Origin: Nitrospirota bacterium
GTDB lineage: Bacteria > Nitrospirota > Nitrospiria > Nitrospirales > NS-4
Reading direction: 5' to 3'
Assembly (NCBI GenBank): GCA_963788195.1
Contig: CAWBGA010000001.1
Span: 380,949-444,948, forward strand
DNA: 64,000 bases
The notes under the pieces: generated by a model
Database searches by the model: none
Seen by the model: the letters and a program-made list of their open reading frames with translations, nothing else
Told to the model about the DNA's origin: nothing
Part shown: in pieces, positions 41,501 through 50,421 of the stretch
Position numbering within the stretch: the first letter of the stretch is position 1
Layout of the letters: each line of letters starts with the position of its first letter
Translations under genes and position numbers: made by a program

Positions 41501-41872
41501 GGTACTGGCGACGATCTGCCCCGTTGCATCGGTTGCTCCTAACCAGCGGTATACAGGGAAGTTCTGCTTGAATGAATGAAGGACTGTATTCTGCGCAGCG
41601 CGATCATTGCCCTTAAACGCTGGAAGGCCCGAAAGAACTTGAACATCACCGTGGCGCTCATAAAGCAACACATCGAGCTTGTCGCCAATGTCGGCTGCCG
41701 CCAGGGCGAGAGTTTCGCCTTTTGCCGCTATCAGACGCAGTTCAAGGACGTGCAGCGCGATAATTCCGATGGTGAGGGTGATTCCCGTCATCAGAATGAT
41801 GAGAAGCGGCAGCCGGGTGTATGGGGGACGCGGCTGCCTCGTCGAAATGCTCTTCTGCAGGTCAATGGCCAT
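38504..41872 (-). CDS. Membrane sensor histidine kinase (Cache, PAS/LOV-like, PAS, GAF, PAS, HisKA_3, HATPase)
   Basis: Two TM segments flanking a Cache-like region; ERGRIARELHDETGQ; QEALTNIVKHA, DDGRGF, GLGL.GM.ER. Confidence 0.92.
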   Translation of the reverse strand: MAIDLQKSISTRQPRPPYTRLPLLIILMTGITLTIGIIALHVLELRLIAAKGETLALAAADIGDKLDVLLYERHGDVQVLSGLPAFKGNDRAAQNTVLHSFKQNFPVYRWLGATDATGQIVASTDPNIIGQDRSNEEWFQNVRDRHEIHIQEAQLSKYPGRLWTVEFTAPLVDSEGSFLGVVSTHVGLPALEDLFTRTIRDFQRQQGASNPIEYIFLTRDGDIISDSSAMQSGPANLKHLAVPSALLIDSAQPGYIEERHERRPVSLVTGYAQTQGYKNFNGLHWGILVRMDRSEIVTPIRSVLGMLGIAGMVIVLPLLGFLFWTTARLRAEWKQAQEECARATTAESALQLRDRAIAASSNGIFIIDPNQPGSPIIFANSAFEYLTGYAAKDILGYSYRFLGGPDTDPNAFVTIRQALRERRECRVVMKNYRSDGAVRWNDVMIAPIHGAEGQVSHFVGVLTDITEQKHAEEALRESEARLVQFLHGLPVAVFVIDAAGKPCYANLAAERLLGQGISDAGPNQLAKVYHAYIAGSDEEYPAHRMPIVRALAGQSSTVDDMEICRDGMTIPLEVSARPIFNAAGKIIYAVAAFTDISERRRADRRLAKINDCFLCFGADPVENINRLTALCGELLNATCALYNRLEGDVLTSIGQWHVPAGFSPTDQAKGHICYDLICSGLDQVLIARHLMQSPYRDTDPHVMPYQLQTYIGKSVKCQGQGIGSLCVVYRSDVVPDEADKKLISIIASAISVEEERGKAEEVLQRLRVQNELILNSAGEGIYGLDRDGKTTFVNPAAAKMLGWEVHQLLGRPMHQVAHHSKRDGTRYPAEECPILAAARDGGVHRAADEVLWRKDGTCFPAEYITNPIREGESIVGAVVTFTDITERKKAEEIRSRLLEQVISAQEEERGRIARELHDETGQSLTALLVGLKTVAAAHSLEEAKGWAESLRTVASMALHEVGRLAWGLRPSVLDDLGLLATVERYATEYADSYAITVDLKTKGFGGSRLPFYIETTLYRIMQEALTNIVKHAAARRVCIIVEQQDDAVQMIVQDDGRGFDVDATLRTPGTSKGLGLHGMQERAVLLNGSLNIQSSPGRGTTIAVGIPLPRGKHGEDFGPARG

Positions 41873-41883
41873 GCGGCGAAGTT

Positions 41884-43080
41884 TTATCCGTTACGAGAAG
41901 TTGCATACGATTGAACTGCCGCTGTCAACGCGGCGCCCTCGCATTTTCTTCCGGTCTGCCGTCCAATCACCTGTTCAAGTGCCGATAGCAAAGCCATGAC
42001 GTGTTCCTGACGGGATGACTCTCCCATCAGTCCGATGCGCCAGACCTTTCCAGCGAGAGGCCCCAAACCTCCGCCGATCTCGATGCCGAATTCGGCGAGT
42101 AACGTCTTGCGGACTTGCGACTCATCCAGGCCGGTCGGCACTGTCAGGCAATTGAGCGTCGGTAGGCGATGTCCTTCGGGCGCGACGGCCTTACAGCCGA
42201 AAGTTTCAAGGCCGGCCACGAGCGCGGCGCTGTTTCTACGGTGTCGTGCAAAGCGCGCCTCAAGGCCTTCCTCCAGCACCAGGCGCAATGCCTCTCGCAG
42301 CGCGTACACCATGCTGATGGGGGCGGTATGATGATAGACGCGTCTGCCTTCCGCCCAGTAGTCCGAGATTAACGACAAGTCGAAATACCAACTCTGTACG
42401 CTATGTTTCCTGGCCTTAAGGGTGTCCCAGGCGCGGGGGCTCACAGTCAGGGGCGAGAGTCCTGGAGGGCAGCTTAAGCACTTTTGCGTGCCGCTGAAGC
42501 AAACGTCGATCTCCCAATCGTCCACTGATACCGGAACCCCCGCCAAAGATGTGACCGTATCGAGAACGAACAGCGCGCCATATTGGTGACACACAGCTCC
42601 GATACCCTCTATGGGCTGATGCGCTCCGGTGGAGGTCTCGGCATGCACTAAAGCCACCGCCTTGACACAGCCCTCCCGTCGAAGCGCGTCCTCCAGTTGC
42701 TGCAGATCGAAGACCCCGCCCCAGGTGACTGCAAGAGGGATTGGCCTTCCCCCGCACCGTTCCACGATATTGGCCATCCGGCCGCCGAACACGCCGTTGA
42801 TACCCACGATCACGGCATCGCCGGGCTCGACCAGGGTAATGAGCGCAGCCTCCATGCCGGCCGAACCAGTGCCGGAGAGGGCAATGGTAAAGGCGTTTGA
42901 CGTACGGAACACGTCACGCAGTTGCGCTTGAACGTCGTTCATGACGTCCAGAAACAGCGGGTCAAGATGTCCAAGCAATGGAGTCGTCATCGCCCGGAGC
43001 ACCCTGGGATGGACCATACTCGGCCCGGGGCCCAACAACAGTCTTAAGGGGAGTGCTAATTCGCCGACTGCACTGGGCAT
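41884..43080 (-). CDS. Alanine--glyoxylate/serine--pyruvate aminotransferase, class V
   Basis: LLLGPGPS, GHLDP, SGTGSAGMEA, HAETSTG, SGTQKCLS.PPG, RIGLMG. Confidence 0.93.
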   Translation of the reverse strand: MPSAVGELALPLRLLLGPGPSMVHPRVLRAMTTPLLGHLDPLFLDVMNDVQAQLRDVFRTSNAFTIALSGTGSAGMEAALITLVEPGDAVIVGINGVFGGRMANIVERCGGRPIPLAVTWGGVFDLQQLEDALRREGCVKAVALVHAETSTGAHQPIEGIGAVCHQYGALFVLDTVTSLAGVPVSVDDWEIDVCFSGTQKCLSCPPGLSPLTVSPRAWDTLKARKHSVQSWYFDLSLISDYWAEGRRVYHHTAPISMVYALREALRLVLEEGLEARFARHRRNSAALVAGLETFGCKAVAPEGHRLPTLNCLTVPTGLDESQVRKTLLAEFGIEIGGGLGPLAGKVWRIGLMGESSRQEHVMALLSALEQVIGRQTGRKCEGAALTAAVQSYATSRNG

Positions 43081-43191
43081 GGTTGCGCCTTTTGCGACAA
43101 ATGAGGGCGGTATTATAGCCTTCGGTAGTGGCTATGCCAAGCTGGCCTTAGAGGGAAATCTCGTGGAGCCGATGCTATACTCCGTGTCTCT

Positions 43192-44658
43192 ATGTCGCTT
43201 CAACCTTCTGACGGAGTTACGATAGCGATTTCACCCAATCCCGAGCACCCTTACGTGCAGCCACCGGAAGCTTCGGGACCTCCGCGTGCGCCGGCGCGGT
43301 TCTCGCTGGCAGGAACAATCGTTTCGACGATCCTGGTGGCGATATTTGTCGGGCAGGTGTCCTATCCTTCCGTTGCGCCCCACAGCTCATTAGAGCGTCC
43401 CGAGGATGACTTAGAGCGGCTGGTAAGTCGCGAGATGGACGTGCGACAGGCGCTTGAAATGGCGCCTTCATGGGAGCGAGCCCTCTATCGGTTCCTGGGA
43501 GGCGATGAAGACAGCCTGGTGCAGGCGATCAGATGGTATGACGGCCTTACGGTTCAATCGCCGGAGACCCAGCTGTATCGGGTGATCTTGCTGGCCGAAG
43601 CCGGTCAAGCTGATCGAGTGAGCGCCGCTATTATTCCGTGGCAGTATCAAGGAGAGGTGATGGCCGGGATGCTGGAGTGGATACGGGCTGCCTACCTCGA
43701 ATCGCCCACCGATCCCGCGCTCAGCGAACGATATATTGCCGAGATTAGAGATGATCTTTCTGCAAACTGGTTCGCCGACATCCTCACGGCTCGTATCGCG
43801 GATGGTGTCGGTGACCGGACCGCCTCGCTTGAAGCTCAAGGAGCGATTGCCGCTCGCGGTGCTGCCTTAATATGGAAACAACGGGCGCTGGCCATCGCCG
43901 AGCTCGTGATTCTCATTGGGGGAAGCGCCTTCTTGGTCTTGATGCTCCTCCGCCCCTGGCCCGCCGCAGCTGGAACCGCTCGGCTGCCGCCTCCATGGGA
44001 CTTTTATGACGGCTATGCCATCTTCATACGCGGAGTGCTGGGATTTATTCTTATCAGTGGGGTAACGTTTCTCCTACCTGATCCCAACCCGCTGAGCAGC
44101 ATGGTAAGTCTTCTTGGCGGTATCCCGATCGTGTGGCTGACGATGAGATATCTGGCTTCCCGGGGTCTTTCGCTTGGGACAGTGCTCGGGTTACGACCAC
44201 TGCCTGACCTCGCGTTCTTAGGGAGCGCCACAGTTGTTTTGGTAGCCCTGTCTCTTCTGGGAGAGCTGGCGATCGCCCTCATCGTCTCCAGCTTTCATCT
44301 CAACACCGACTGGACGGACGGCTTGTTGGAGGAGGTGCTATGGGGGCCCTGGTGGACGGTATTGGGCACGGCGGTGGACAGCACCGTGTGGGCGCCGGTG
44401 GTTGAAGAGGTGGCCTTTCGCGGTATTCTCTACGGCACCTTGAGGACGAAGCTGGGTGTTGCGCCGGCAGCCCTCTTGAGCGGGGCGATGTTTGGTGTGG
44501 TGCATGGTTATGGCACGATCGGATTCGCCGCGGTATTTTGGAGCGGCATCATTTGGGCGGTCGCGTACGAAAAAACGCGCAGCCTCTGGCCCGCGATTCT
44601 CGCCCATGGAATAAACAACTTCCTGGTCACCACGGAGTTTGTTTGGCTCTATAGATAG
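43192..44658 (+). CDS. CPBP (CAAX protease-like) intramembrane metalloprotease with N-terminal extension
   Basis: APVVEEVAFRG, FG..H, SLWPAILAHG.NN. Confidence 0.88.
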   Translation: MSLQPSDGVTIAISPNPEHPYVQPPEASGPPRAPARFSLAGTIVSTILVAIFVGQVSYPSVAPHSSLERPEDDLERLVSREMDVRQALEMAPSWERALYRFLGGDEDSLVQAIRWYDGLTVQSPETQLYRVILLAEAGQADRVSAAIIPWQYQGEVMAGMLEWIRAAYLESPTDPALSERYIAEIRDDLSANWFADILTARIADGVGDRTASLEAQGAIAARGAALIWKQRALAIAELVILIGGSAFLVLMLLRPWPAAAGTARLPPPWDFYDGYAIFIRGVLGFILISGVTFLLPDPNPLSSMVSLLGGIPIVWLTMRYLASRGLSLGTVLGLRPLPDLAFLGSATVVLVALSLLGELAIALIVSSFHLNTDWTDGLLEEVLWGPWWTVLGTAVDSTVWAPVVEEVAFRGILYGTLRTKLGVAPAALLSGAMFGVVHGYGTIGFAAVFWSGIIWAVAYEKTRSLWPAILAHGINNFLVTTEFVWLYR

Positions 44659-44668
44659 ACGGAAAGGG

Positions 44669-45598
44669 TTAATCGCCGGCATGCCTGCCCAGATGGTCCG
44701 CCACCCAGGAGCCGAGATGAGTGACCATTTGGCGGAAATGCAGCGGATTTGAGAAGTGATGGTCGGCGCCGGGGAGAACGACACACGAAGCTTTGCCTCG
44801 GAGGGCCTGCTGTAAACGGAGGCTGTGGGCGACCGGGACAGACTCGTCGGCCTCGCCGTGCACGATGAGAGTGGGAATCTCCACGACCTCGGCTGCCGCA
44901 TAAGCCACGTGATGAGCACAGTCCTCGTAGAACGAAAAGGGGAGCCTGATTCGCGTGAGTCCTTGGGCGAAATCGGGAATCGTATTCGTCGCCTGCCACT
45001 GCCGGATTCCATCCGCGCCCAGTTCATCTAGGAGCATCTGAGGGAAGTCGGAAACCGGGCATTTCAGCGCCAGGCAAGCCAGGGGAAAAGGAATCTGTCC
45101 CACGGGACCAAAGCCTGTCTCGGCAGGCTTGGGGTGGGCGGGTGGAATAAGATTCCCGGCCACGGGAAGACGAGCTCGTCTTGGCGAGCTCGGGGCGGGC
45201 TGGGTGTAATGCCGGGTGCAATGGCTGCCGTGTTCCGCTGCGGCGAGGATCGCAACGAGTCCTCCGAAGCTTGATCCCACCAAGGCCACGTCCCGGTAGC
45301 CGCGTGAGGCCCCGACCATGATGGCCGCTAGCGTTTGTTGTACTGCAGCGCCCACGGTGAGCCGCTCAAATGGGCCGCCGCTTTCGCCATGGCCAAGGAA
45401 ATCAAACCGCAAGGTCGCAATCCCTAGCGGGATCAGCATTGCCGTCAAGGCTTTGTTCGTAGCGCTATTCTTGTTGGACAGGAAGCCATGGCAAAGGACG
45501 GCAAGCCGATGGGTGCCGCCGGCCGGGGTTGCGAGAACTCCGGCGATGTGATTTCCCGTTTTATCCGTAAAGGTCAGCGTCTCTTCAAGATTGGTCAT
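44669..45598 (-). CDS. Alpha/beta hydrolase carrying a 48-aa repeat-derived insertion
   Basis: LCHGF, RFDFLGHGESGG, GSSFGG nucleophile elbow, LIVHGEADESVP, GADH. Confidence 0.9.
   Translation of the reverse strand: MTNLEETLTFTDKTGNHIAGVLATPAGGTHRLAVLCHGFLSNKNSATNKALTAMLIPLGIATLRFDFLGHGESGGPFERLTVGAAVQQTLAAIMVGASRGYRDVALVGSSFGGLVAILAAAEHGSHCTRHYTQPAPSSPRRARLPVAGNLIPPAHPKPAETGFGPVGQIPFPLACLALKCPVSDFPQMLLDELGADGIRQWQATNTIPDFAQGLTRIRLPFSFYEDCAHHVAYAAAEVVEIPTLIVHGEADESVPVAHSLRLQQALRGKASCVVLPGADHHFSNPLHFRQMVTHLGSWVADHLGRHAGD
45079..45223 (-). repeat. In-frame block of three hairpin elements (one nested) inside the hydrolase gene
   Basis: Minus strand: CGAGCTCG-CCAAGA-CGAGCTCG; GGAATCT-[TATTCCACCC..AAGCCTG-CCGAGA-CAGGCTT..CCCGTG]-GGACAGATTCC-TTTTCCCCTGG. 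Confidence 0.92.
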
Positions 45599-45733
45599 AT
45601 TGCACAGTGTAACATCAGTCCCGGACCCCGGGGCGAGGAGTCCTGGTGTATGATAGAATATGTCGTTGTGAGTAGAGCACATCCTTCTGAGCGAAGCGTG
45701 GACTCTAGTCAATAGTTAACTTGAACCTTTCGC

Positions 45734-45824
45734 TGTCATGCTGAGGGAAACGAAGCATCTGAGCTGCCCCGCTCAGGGTAAACTCCATGAAGGGTCTAGA
45801 TTCTTCGCTGCGCTCAGAATGACA
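45734..45824. repeat. REP/REPIN-like palindromic element of a different family (TGTCA..TGACA ends)
   Basis: TGTCATGCTGAGGGAAACGAAGCATCT ... AGATTCTTCGCTGCGCTCAGAATGACA, 27-bp imperfect IR with internal CTGAGC..GCTCAG hairpin. Confidence 0.75.
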
Positions 45825-45845
45825 TCACGGCGCGAAGTCTAAACG

Positions 45846-46727
45846 ATGGCGGACAAGAACAAACGGCTGGCGAGCAACGTCGGTAACAATTTCTTTGTCG
45901 ACTCAACCTGCATCAATTGCGATACCTGCAGACAGCTGGCTCCCGCCACGTTCGTTGAGCAGGATGACCTTTCGTCCGTCTATCGCCAACCGATGCACCA
46001 TGAGGAACTTCATGCGGCCTATCAAGCGCTCGTCGCCTGCCCGGTGGGTTCAATCGGCGCGCTACAAGCAGATAAGCACCAGATGCGCCAAGCTATCGCA
46101 AGCTTCCCGCTGAAGATAGATCAAAATCTCTACTACAATGGTTTCAATTCCGAGAAATCCTTCGGAGCCAACAGCTATTTTCTCCAGCATCCGGACGGCA
46201 ATTGGTTGATTGATTCGCCGCGGTACGTGCGTACACTCGTCACGGCCTTCGAGCGGATGGGTGGCATCAAATACATTTTTCTTACGCATGAAGATGATGT
46301 GGCTGACGCCGGGCGATATGCCAGGCAGTTCGGCGCTTCGCGAATCATTCACCGCGCCGACGCGCAAGCCGAACCCGGCGCGGAGTGGATAATCGAAGGC
46401 GTGGAGCCCATCGAGGTGAGTCCGGAGTTTTGCATTATCCCGGTGCCTGGACACACGCAAGGCAGCATGGCGCTCCTTTACGCCGATCGCTATCTGTTTA
46501 CCGGAGATCACATGGGATGGGATCGCGACGTGAACGGCCTTCGACTGGCGACCGTCTATGTATGGAACGAGGAGATCTTGCGTCGATCGACCACGCGCCT
46601 GCTTGATCATACCTTTGAATGGGTCCTGCCTGGTCATGCCGACCGGATGCACCTGCCGGCTGCTCGCATGAAACAGGAGCTGCGTCTTTTGCTGGATAGG
46701 CGCCAATCAGTCTCACGCGGCTTCTAA
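45846..46727 (+). CDS. Ferredoxin-fused metallo-beta-lactamase-fold protein
   Basis: CINCDTC..CPVGSI Fe-S motif; FLTHEDD, PGHTQGS, LFTGDH, LPGH. Confidence 0.85.
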   Translation: MADKNKRLASNVGNNFFVDSTCINCDTCRQLAPATFVEQDDLSSVYRQPMHHEELHAAYQALVACPVGSIGALQADKHQMRQAIASFPLKIDQNLYYNGFNSEKSFGANSYFLQHPDGNWLIDSPRYVRTLVTAFERMGGIKYIFLTHEDDVADAGRYARQFGASRIIHRADAQAEPGAEWIIEGVEPIEVSPEFCIIPVPGHTQGSMALLYADRYLFTGDHMGWDRDVNGLRLATVYVWNEEILRRSTTRLLDHTFEWVLPGHADRMHLPAARMKQELRLLLDRRQSVSRGF

Positions 46728-46748
46728 CAATTTTATTTCCAGTTCACC

Positions 46749-47540
46749 TCAATCCCTTTTAAGGAAATAGAAATGATGCGTCGGGCCCTTGCCGTGGCCG
46801 ATGGCGAGCCCATGGCGGATGGCCTCCGTGACATAGGACTTGGCAACCGTGACTGCTTGAGCCAACGGTTTACCAAGGGCAAGGTGGGCCGCGATCGCGG
46901 AGGCATAGGTGCAGCCGGTGCCATGGGTATGCGGACTCTCGATAAACTCCGATTTGAACACTTCAAAGAAGCGGCCGTCGTAGAGGAGGTCCGTCGCGCG
47001 GTCCTGCAGCAGGTGACCGCCTTTGATCAGCACATGGCGGCATCCCAGGCGGTGTATGATCTTGGCGGCCTTCCGCGCATCGGCGAGGCTTTTGATCTCA
47101 ATGCCAGAGAGTTGTTGCGCTTCATGGATGTTGGGAGTGACCACAAGCGCTAACGGAATAAGTTCGCGCATCAGTGCTTCTACCGCGTCGGGTTTTAAGA
47201 GCCGATGGCCGCTCTTTGAGATCATGACCGGGTCGACTACTAGGTTGGTGACGGCCTGAGGCTTGAGTAACTTTGCGACCACACGTACGATCTCGGCGGA
47301 CGAGAGCATGCCGGTCTTGACTGCGGACACATCGAAGTCGTCGAAGACGGCGTCGATTTGAGAGGCAATGATCGCGACGGGCAACTCGAACACATCCGTG
47401 ACCTCCTCGGTATTCTGAGCCGTGATCGCGGTAATTGCCGACATCGCGAACACTCCGTTCGCCGACATGGACTTGATGTCTGCCTGGATTCCGGCCCCGC
47501 CTCCGCTGTCCGAGCCTGCGATAGTTAAAACTTGCTTCAT
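46749..47540 (-). CDS. thiD: Hydroxymethylpyrimidine/phosphomethylpyrimidine kinase
   Basis: [44 protein letters not shown]. Confidence 0.96.
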   Translation of the reverse strand: MKQVLTIAGSDSGGGAGIQADIKSMSANGVFAMSAITAITAQNTEEVTDVFELPVAIIASQIDAVFDDFDVSAVKTGMLSSAEIVRVVAKLLKPQAVTNLVVDPVMISKSGHRLLKPDAVEALMRELIPLALVVTPNIHEAQQLSGIEIKSLADARKAAKIIHRLGCRHVLIKGGHLLQDRATDLLYDGRFFEVFKSEFIESPHTHGTGCTYASAIAAHLALGKPLAQAVTVAKSYVTEAIRHGLAIGHGKGPTHHFYFLKRD

Positions 47541-47646
47541 AATTATTTAGATTCTACAGAATTCATCCCACGGTGGGAGCCGAAACCTGAGGACCTGCGA
47601 CTTGGGCTTCGGGAGCAAGGAATCAGGTTTTGGCGACCTTTTTGTT

Positions 47647-48225
47647 TCATCGCTTCCTGTATTTAAAGCAGCCTTGCACGTGATCGTCCACCATGCCGGT
47701 GGCCTGCATATGCGCGTGGCAGACGGTCGGGCCGACAAACTTGAAGCCGCGTTGCTTCAAGTCTTTGGACAGGGCGTCGGACTCGGGCGAAGTCGCTTTC
47801 ATGGTTTTCCTGGTCAGCCCCTTGGGATGGCGCAAGGTCCGGTTGCCCGTGAATCGCCATATGTACCGATCGAAACTCCCGAATTCTTCTTGCACATCGA
47901 GAAAGCAGCGCGCATTGGTGATGGCGGCTTTGATCTTCAGTGGATTCCGGATGATGCCCGCATCGCTCATCAAGCGGGCCACATCGGATTTTCCGAATCG
48001 CGCCACTTTGCGCGCGTCGAAATTCTTGAATGCCTTCCGGAAGTTCTCGCGCTTGCGTAAAATCGTAATCCAGCTGAGTCCGGCTTGGAAGCCCTCCAGA
48101 ATGAGCATTTCAAATATCTTCCGATCATCATGAACCGGCACGCCCCATTCCTTGTCGTGATACGTACAGTACAGGGGGTCCTCGGCGCACCACCAACAGC
48201 GCGGCTTCTCTTCGCGCTTTCGCAT
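47647..48225 (-). CDS. tag: DNA-3-methyladenine glycosylase I
   Basis: RCWW, YHDKEWG, LEGFQAGLSW.TIL.KRE, IIRN..KI, GFKFVGPT, DDH...C. Confidence 0.95.
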   Translation of the reverse strand: MRKREEKPRCWWCAEDPLYCTYHDKEWGVPVHDDRKIFEMLILEGFQAGLSWITILRKRENFRKAFKNFDARKVARFGKSDVARLMSDAGIIRNPLKIKAAITNARCFLDVQEEFGSFDRYIWRFTGNRTLRHPKGLTRKTMKATSPESDALSKDLKQRGFKFVGPTVCHAHMQATGMVDDHVQGCFKYRKR

Positions 48226-48271
48226 GTGGCAACTTAACCAAAGGCCACCGGCAGACGCAAGCGCTGACACC

Positions 48272-48679
48272 ATGGTAGACTCTTACATGCGCCGGATTGC
48301 CTGGCTGATATCGGCTTTGTATTTCGCTGTTGTGCCTGGCGCCTACGCGGAGCCCCCAAGAAGGCTGCCGCATGTCCCTGCCGCCGATTTTCGAATCGCT
48401 GAAGTCTTCGACAACCGGCTGGAACTCTTTATTGAGCTCTACGCGACAAAACAGCCTGGGGTCGTGGACTATGCGACCGGGCGAAAAGTTCTCCAGGTCA
48501 TCCTTTCCCCTAACGGGGAAACATCTTACGAGCTCGCGCCCAATCCCTTACTGATTTGGTGGGGGCGCGCCCTTTGGAAGGATCCCGAGGAGGACGGCAT
48601 CAATGGCAATGAAGAGATTCAGGAAGACAATGTGATATTTCACGCCAACCCGTATCTGCGGCTCTACCGCGACCAATAA
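48272..48679 (+). CDS. Secreted hypothetical protein
   Basis: Signal peptide (AYA-E); C-terminal DPEEDGINGNE loop. Confidence 0.6.
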   Translation: MVDSYMRRIAWLISALYFAVVPGAYAEPPRRLPHVPAADFRIAEVFDNRLELFIELYATKQPGVVDYATGRKVLQVILSPNGETSYELAPNPLLIWWGRALWKDPEEDGINGNEEIQEDNVIFHANPYLRLYRDQ

Positions 48680-48693
48680 CCAGTCGTCATTCG

Positions 48694-48951
48694 TCACTCC
48701 TCACCATTCATGAACTCCTTGACGAGAGCGATTTCAATTTCATCCAGAGGCGACGCGCCTCGATTTCGGACGTGCGCCTTCCACTGGGAGCGCTTGCGCA
48801 ACGAATCAAAGATGATTTTAAGAAGGGCGGGTTTAAGGTCCTGCTCCCATTCCTTGACCCATTCGTGCTCGTCCAGGTCCCCCTCGTAGTCATCCGGAAA
48901 TACCGCGTCTAACGTAAATCTCAAAATAAAGGTTTTCTCTTCGTGGACCAC
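48694..48951 (-). CDS. Small hypothetical protein
   Basis: Natural-looking acidic ORF (EEKTFILRF..FPDDYEGD..HVRNRG). Confidence 0.6.
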   Translation of the reverse strand: MVHEEKTFILRFTLDAVFPDDYEGDLDEHEWVKEWEQDLKPALLKIIFDSLRKRSQWKAHVRNRGASPLDEIEIALVKEFMNGEE

Positions 48952-49024
48952 GCGTTTGCCCTCGCAGAACCGTTTGTGTTGCAGAAGTGTACGCGATTTG
49001 GGGTGGCTAGGCGATGGACAAAAA

Positions 49025-50416
49025 CTAGAGCCGGCCGAGCCGGTTAATGCCGTCGAGAGCCGCGGTGCGGTAGCACTCGGCCAGGGTCGGGTAGTTAAAG
49101 ACATTCTGGACGAAGAACTCCACGCTTCCCCCGTAGGTCAGCACGGCTTGACCGATATGGACAAGCTCCGTGGCGCCGTCGCCAATGATGTGGACGCCCA
49201 AAAGCTTGAGCGTATCGCGGTGAAAGACCAGCTTCATCAATCCTTCAAGGTCCCCGACGATCTGGCCGCGAGCGATCTCTTTATAGAAGGCGCGGCCGAT
49301 CTCATACGGAATAGACTCGAGCGTCAGCTCTTCTTCTGTCTTGCCGACCGTAGAGATTTCTGGGATCGTATAGATGCCATAGGGCCACACTTGGGGGAGT
49401 GTGGATTGTTTAACGTTGAAGGCGTGACAGGTCGCGAGGCGACCCTGTTCCATGGATGTCGCGGCCAGGGCCGGAAAGCCGATGACGTCTCCCGCGGCAT
49501 AGATGTGAGGGACCTCCGTTTGATAGGACTCGTTCACGAGAAGCTGCCCCAGCTTATCCACACTCAGCCCTGCGGCGGGAAGATTCAGGGAATCGGTATT
49601 GGCAAGTCGCCCCATCGCATAGAGCAGCATATCGGTTACCACGGTTTTCCCGCTTTTCAAAGTCGTAATGACACGGCCCTGACTATCAATGTTGACGTTG
49701 TCAACCTCCTCGCCGGCACGCAGTGTGACGCCGTTCGTGCGCATATGATAGACGAGGGCCTGCACCATCTCTTGGTCCACAAACCTCAAGAGCTCTGTCC
49801 GGCGATCCAAGAGCGTGACCTTAATGCCGAACGCGGCAAACATCGAGGCGTATTCACAGCCGATCACGCCACCGCCCATCACGATCATGCTTCGGGGAAG
49901 AGCTTCAGTCGACAGGATCGAATCTGAATCGCACACCGTCCGATCATCGAAAGGAATGCTAGCGGGCCGCCGGGGCCGAGAGCCGGTACCGATGACGATA
50001 AATGGGGCATGGAGCATATCGACATCGCCGCTGGGTTTCGTCACCTGCAATGTATGCGGATCGATGAATGATGCAACCCCGTGCACGACCTCGACGTTGT
50101 TTCGATCCAGTTGATTGGCCACAACAGCAAGCTCATGCTTGATGACCAAGTCTTTTCGAGCCATCAGATCCTTAAGCGTCAGGCTCTTCTTCATGGAAGA
50201 CAGTATATTGGGGAAGGAGCGAAGCTTAAACCCGTGCAGGTAGTAAATCGCGTCCTTGAGGGTCTTACTCGGGAGTGTGCCGGTGTTAAAGCATGTCCCG
50301 CCTAATACGGACTCCTTTTCGATGATGGCGACCCGCTTTCGGAGCTTGGCTCCCTGAATCGCCGCTTTCTGCCCGGCTGGTCCACTGCCGATGACGAGAA
50401 GGTCAAACTCGCGCAC
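49025..50416 (-). CDS. sthA: Soluble pyridine nucleotide transhydrogenase
   Basis: IGSGPAGQKAA, GGTC.NTGTLPSK (single Cys), GGGVIGCEYAS, GDVIGFPALA..SMEQGR, FNYPTLAE. Confidence 0.93.
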   Translation of the reverse strand: MREFDLLVIGSGPAGQKAAIQGAKLRKRVAIIEKESVLGGTCFNTGTLPSKTLKDAIYYLHGFKLRSFPNILSSMKKSLTLKDLMARKDLVIKHELAVVANQLDRNNVEVVHGVASFIDPHTLQVTKPSGDVDMLHAPFIVIGTGSRPRRPASIPFDDRTVCDSDSILSTEALPRSMIVMGGGVIGCEYASMFAAFGIKVTLLDRRTELLRFVDQEMVQALVYHMRTNGVTLRAGEEVDNVNIDSQGRVITTLKSGKTVVTDMLLYAMGRLANTDSLNLPAAGLSVDKLGQLLVNESYQTEVPHIYAAGDVIGFPALAATSMEQGRLATCHAFNVKQSTLPQVWPYGIYTIPEISTVGKTEEELTLESIPYEIGRAFYKEIARGQIVGDLEGLMKLVFHRDTLKLLGVHIIGDGATELVHIGQAVLTYGGSVEFFVQNVFNYPTLAECYRTAALDGINRLGRL

Positions 50417-50421
50417 GAGGC

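Noticed and set aside
49554..49562. Second TTATCCACA DnaA box
   Set aside because: Inside the sthA coding sequence and isolated; likely chance.
48956..49927. 323-aa ORF antisense to sthA (likewise 4002-5102 antisense to murE)
   Set aside because: Shadow ORFs typical of GC-rich coding DNA.
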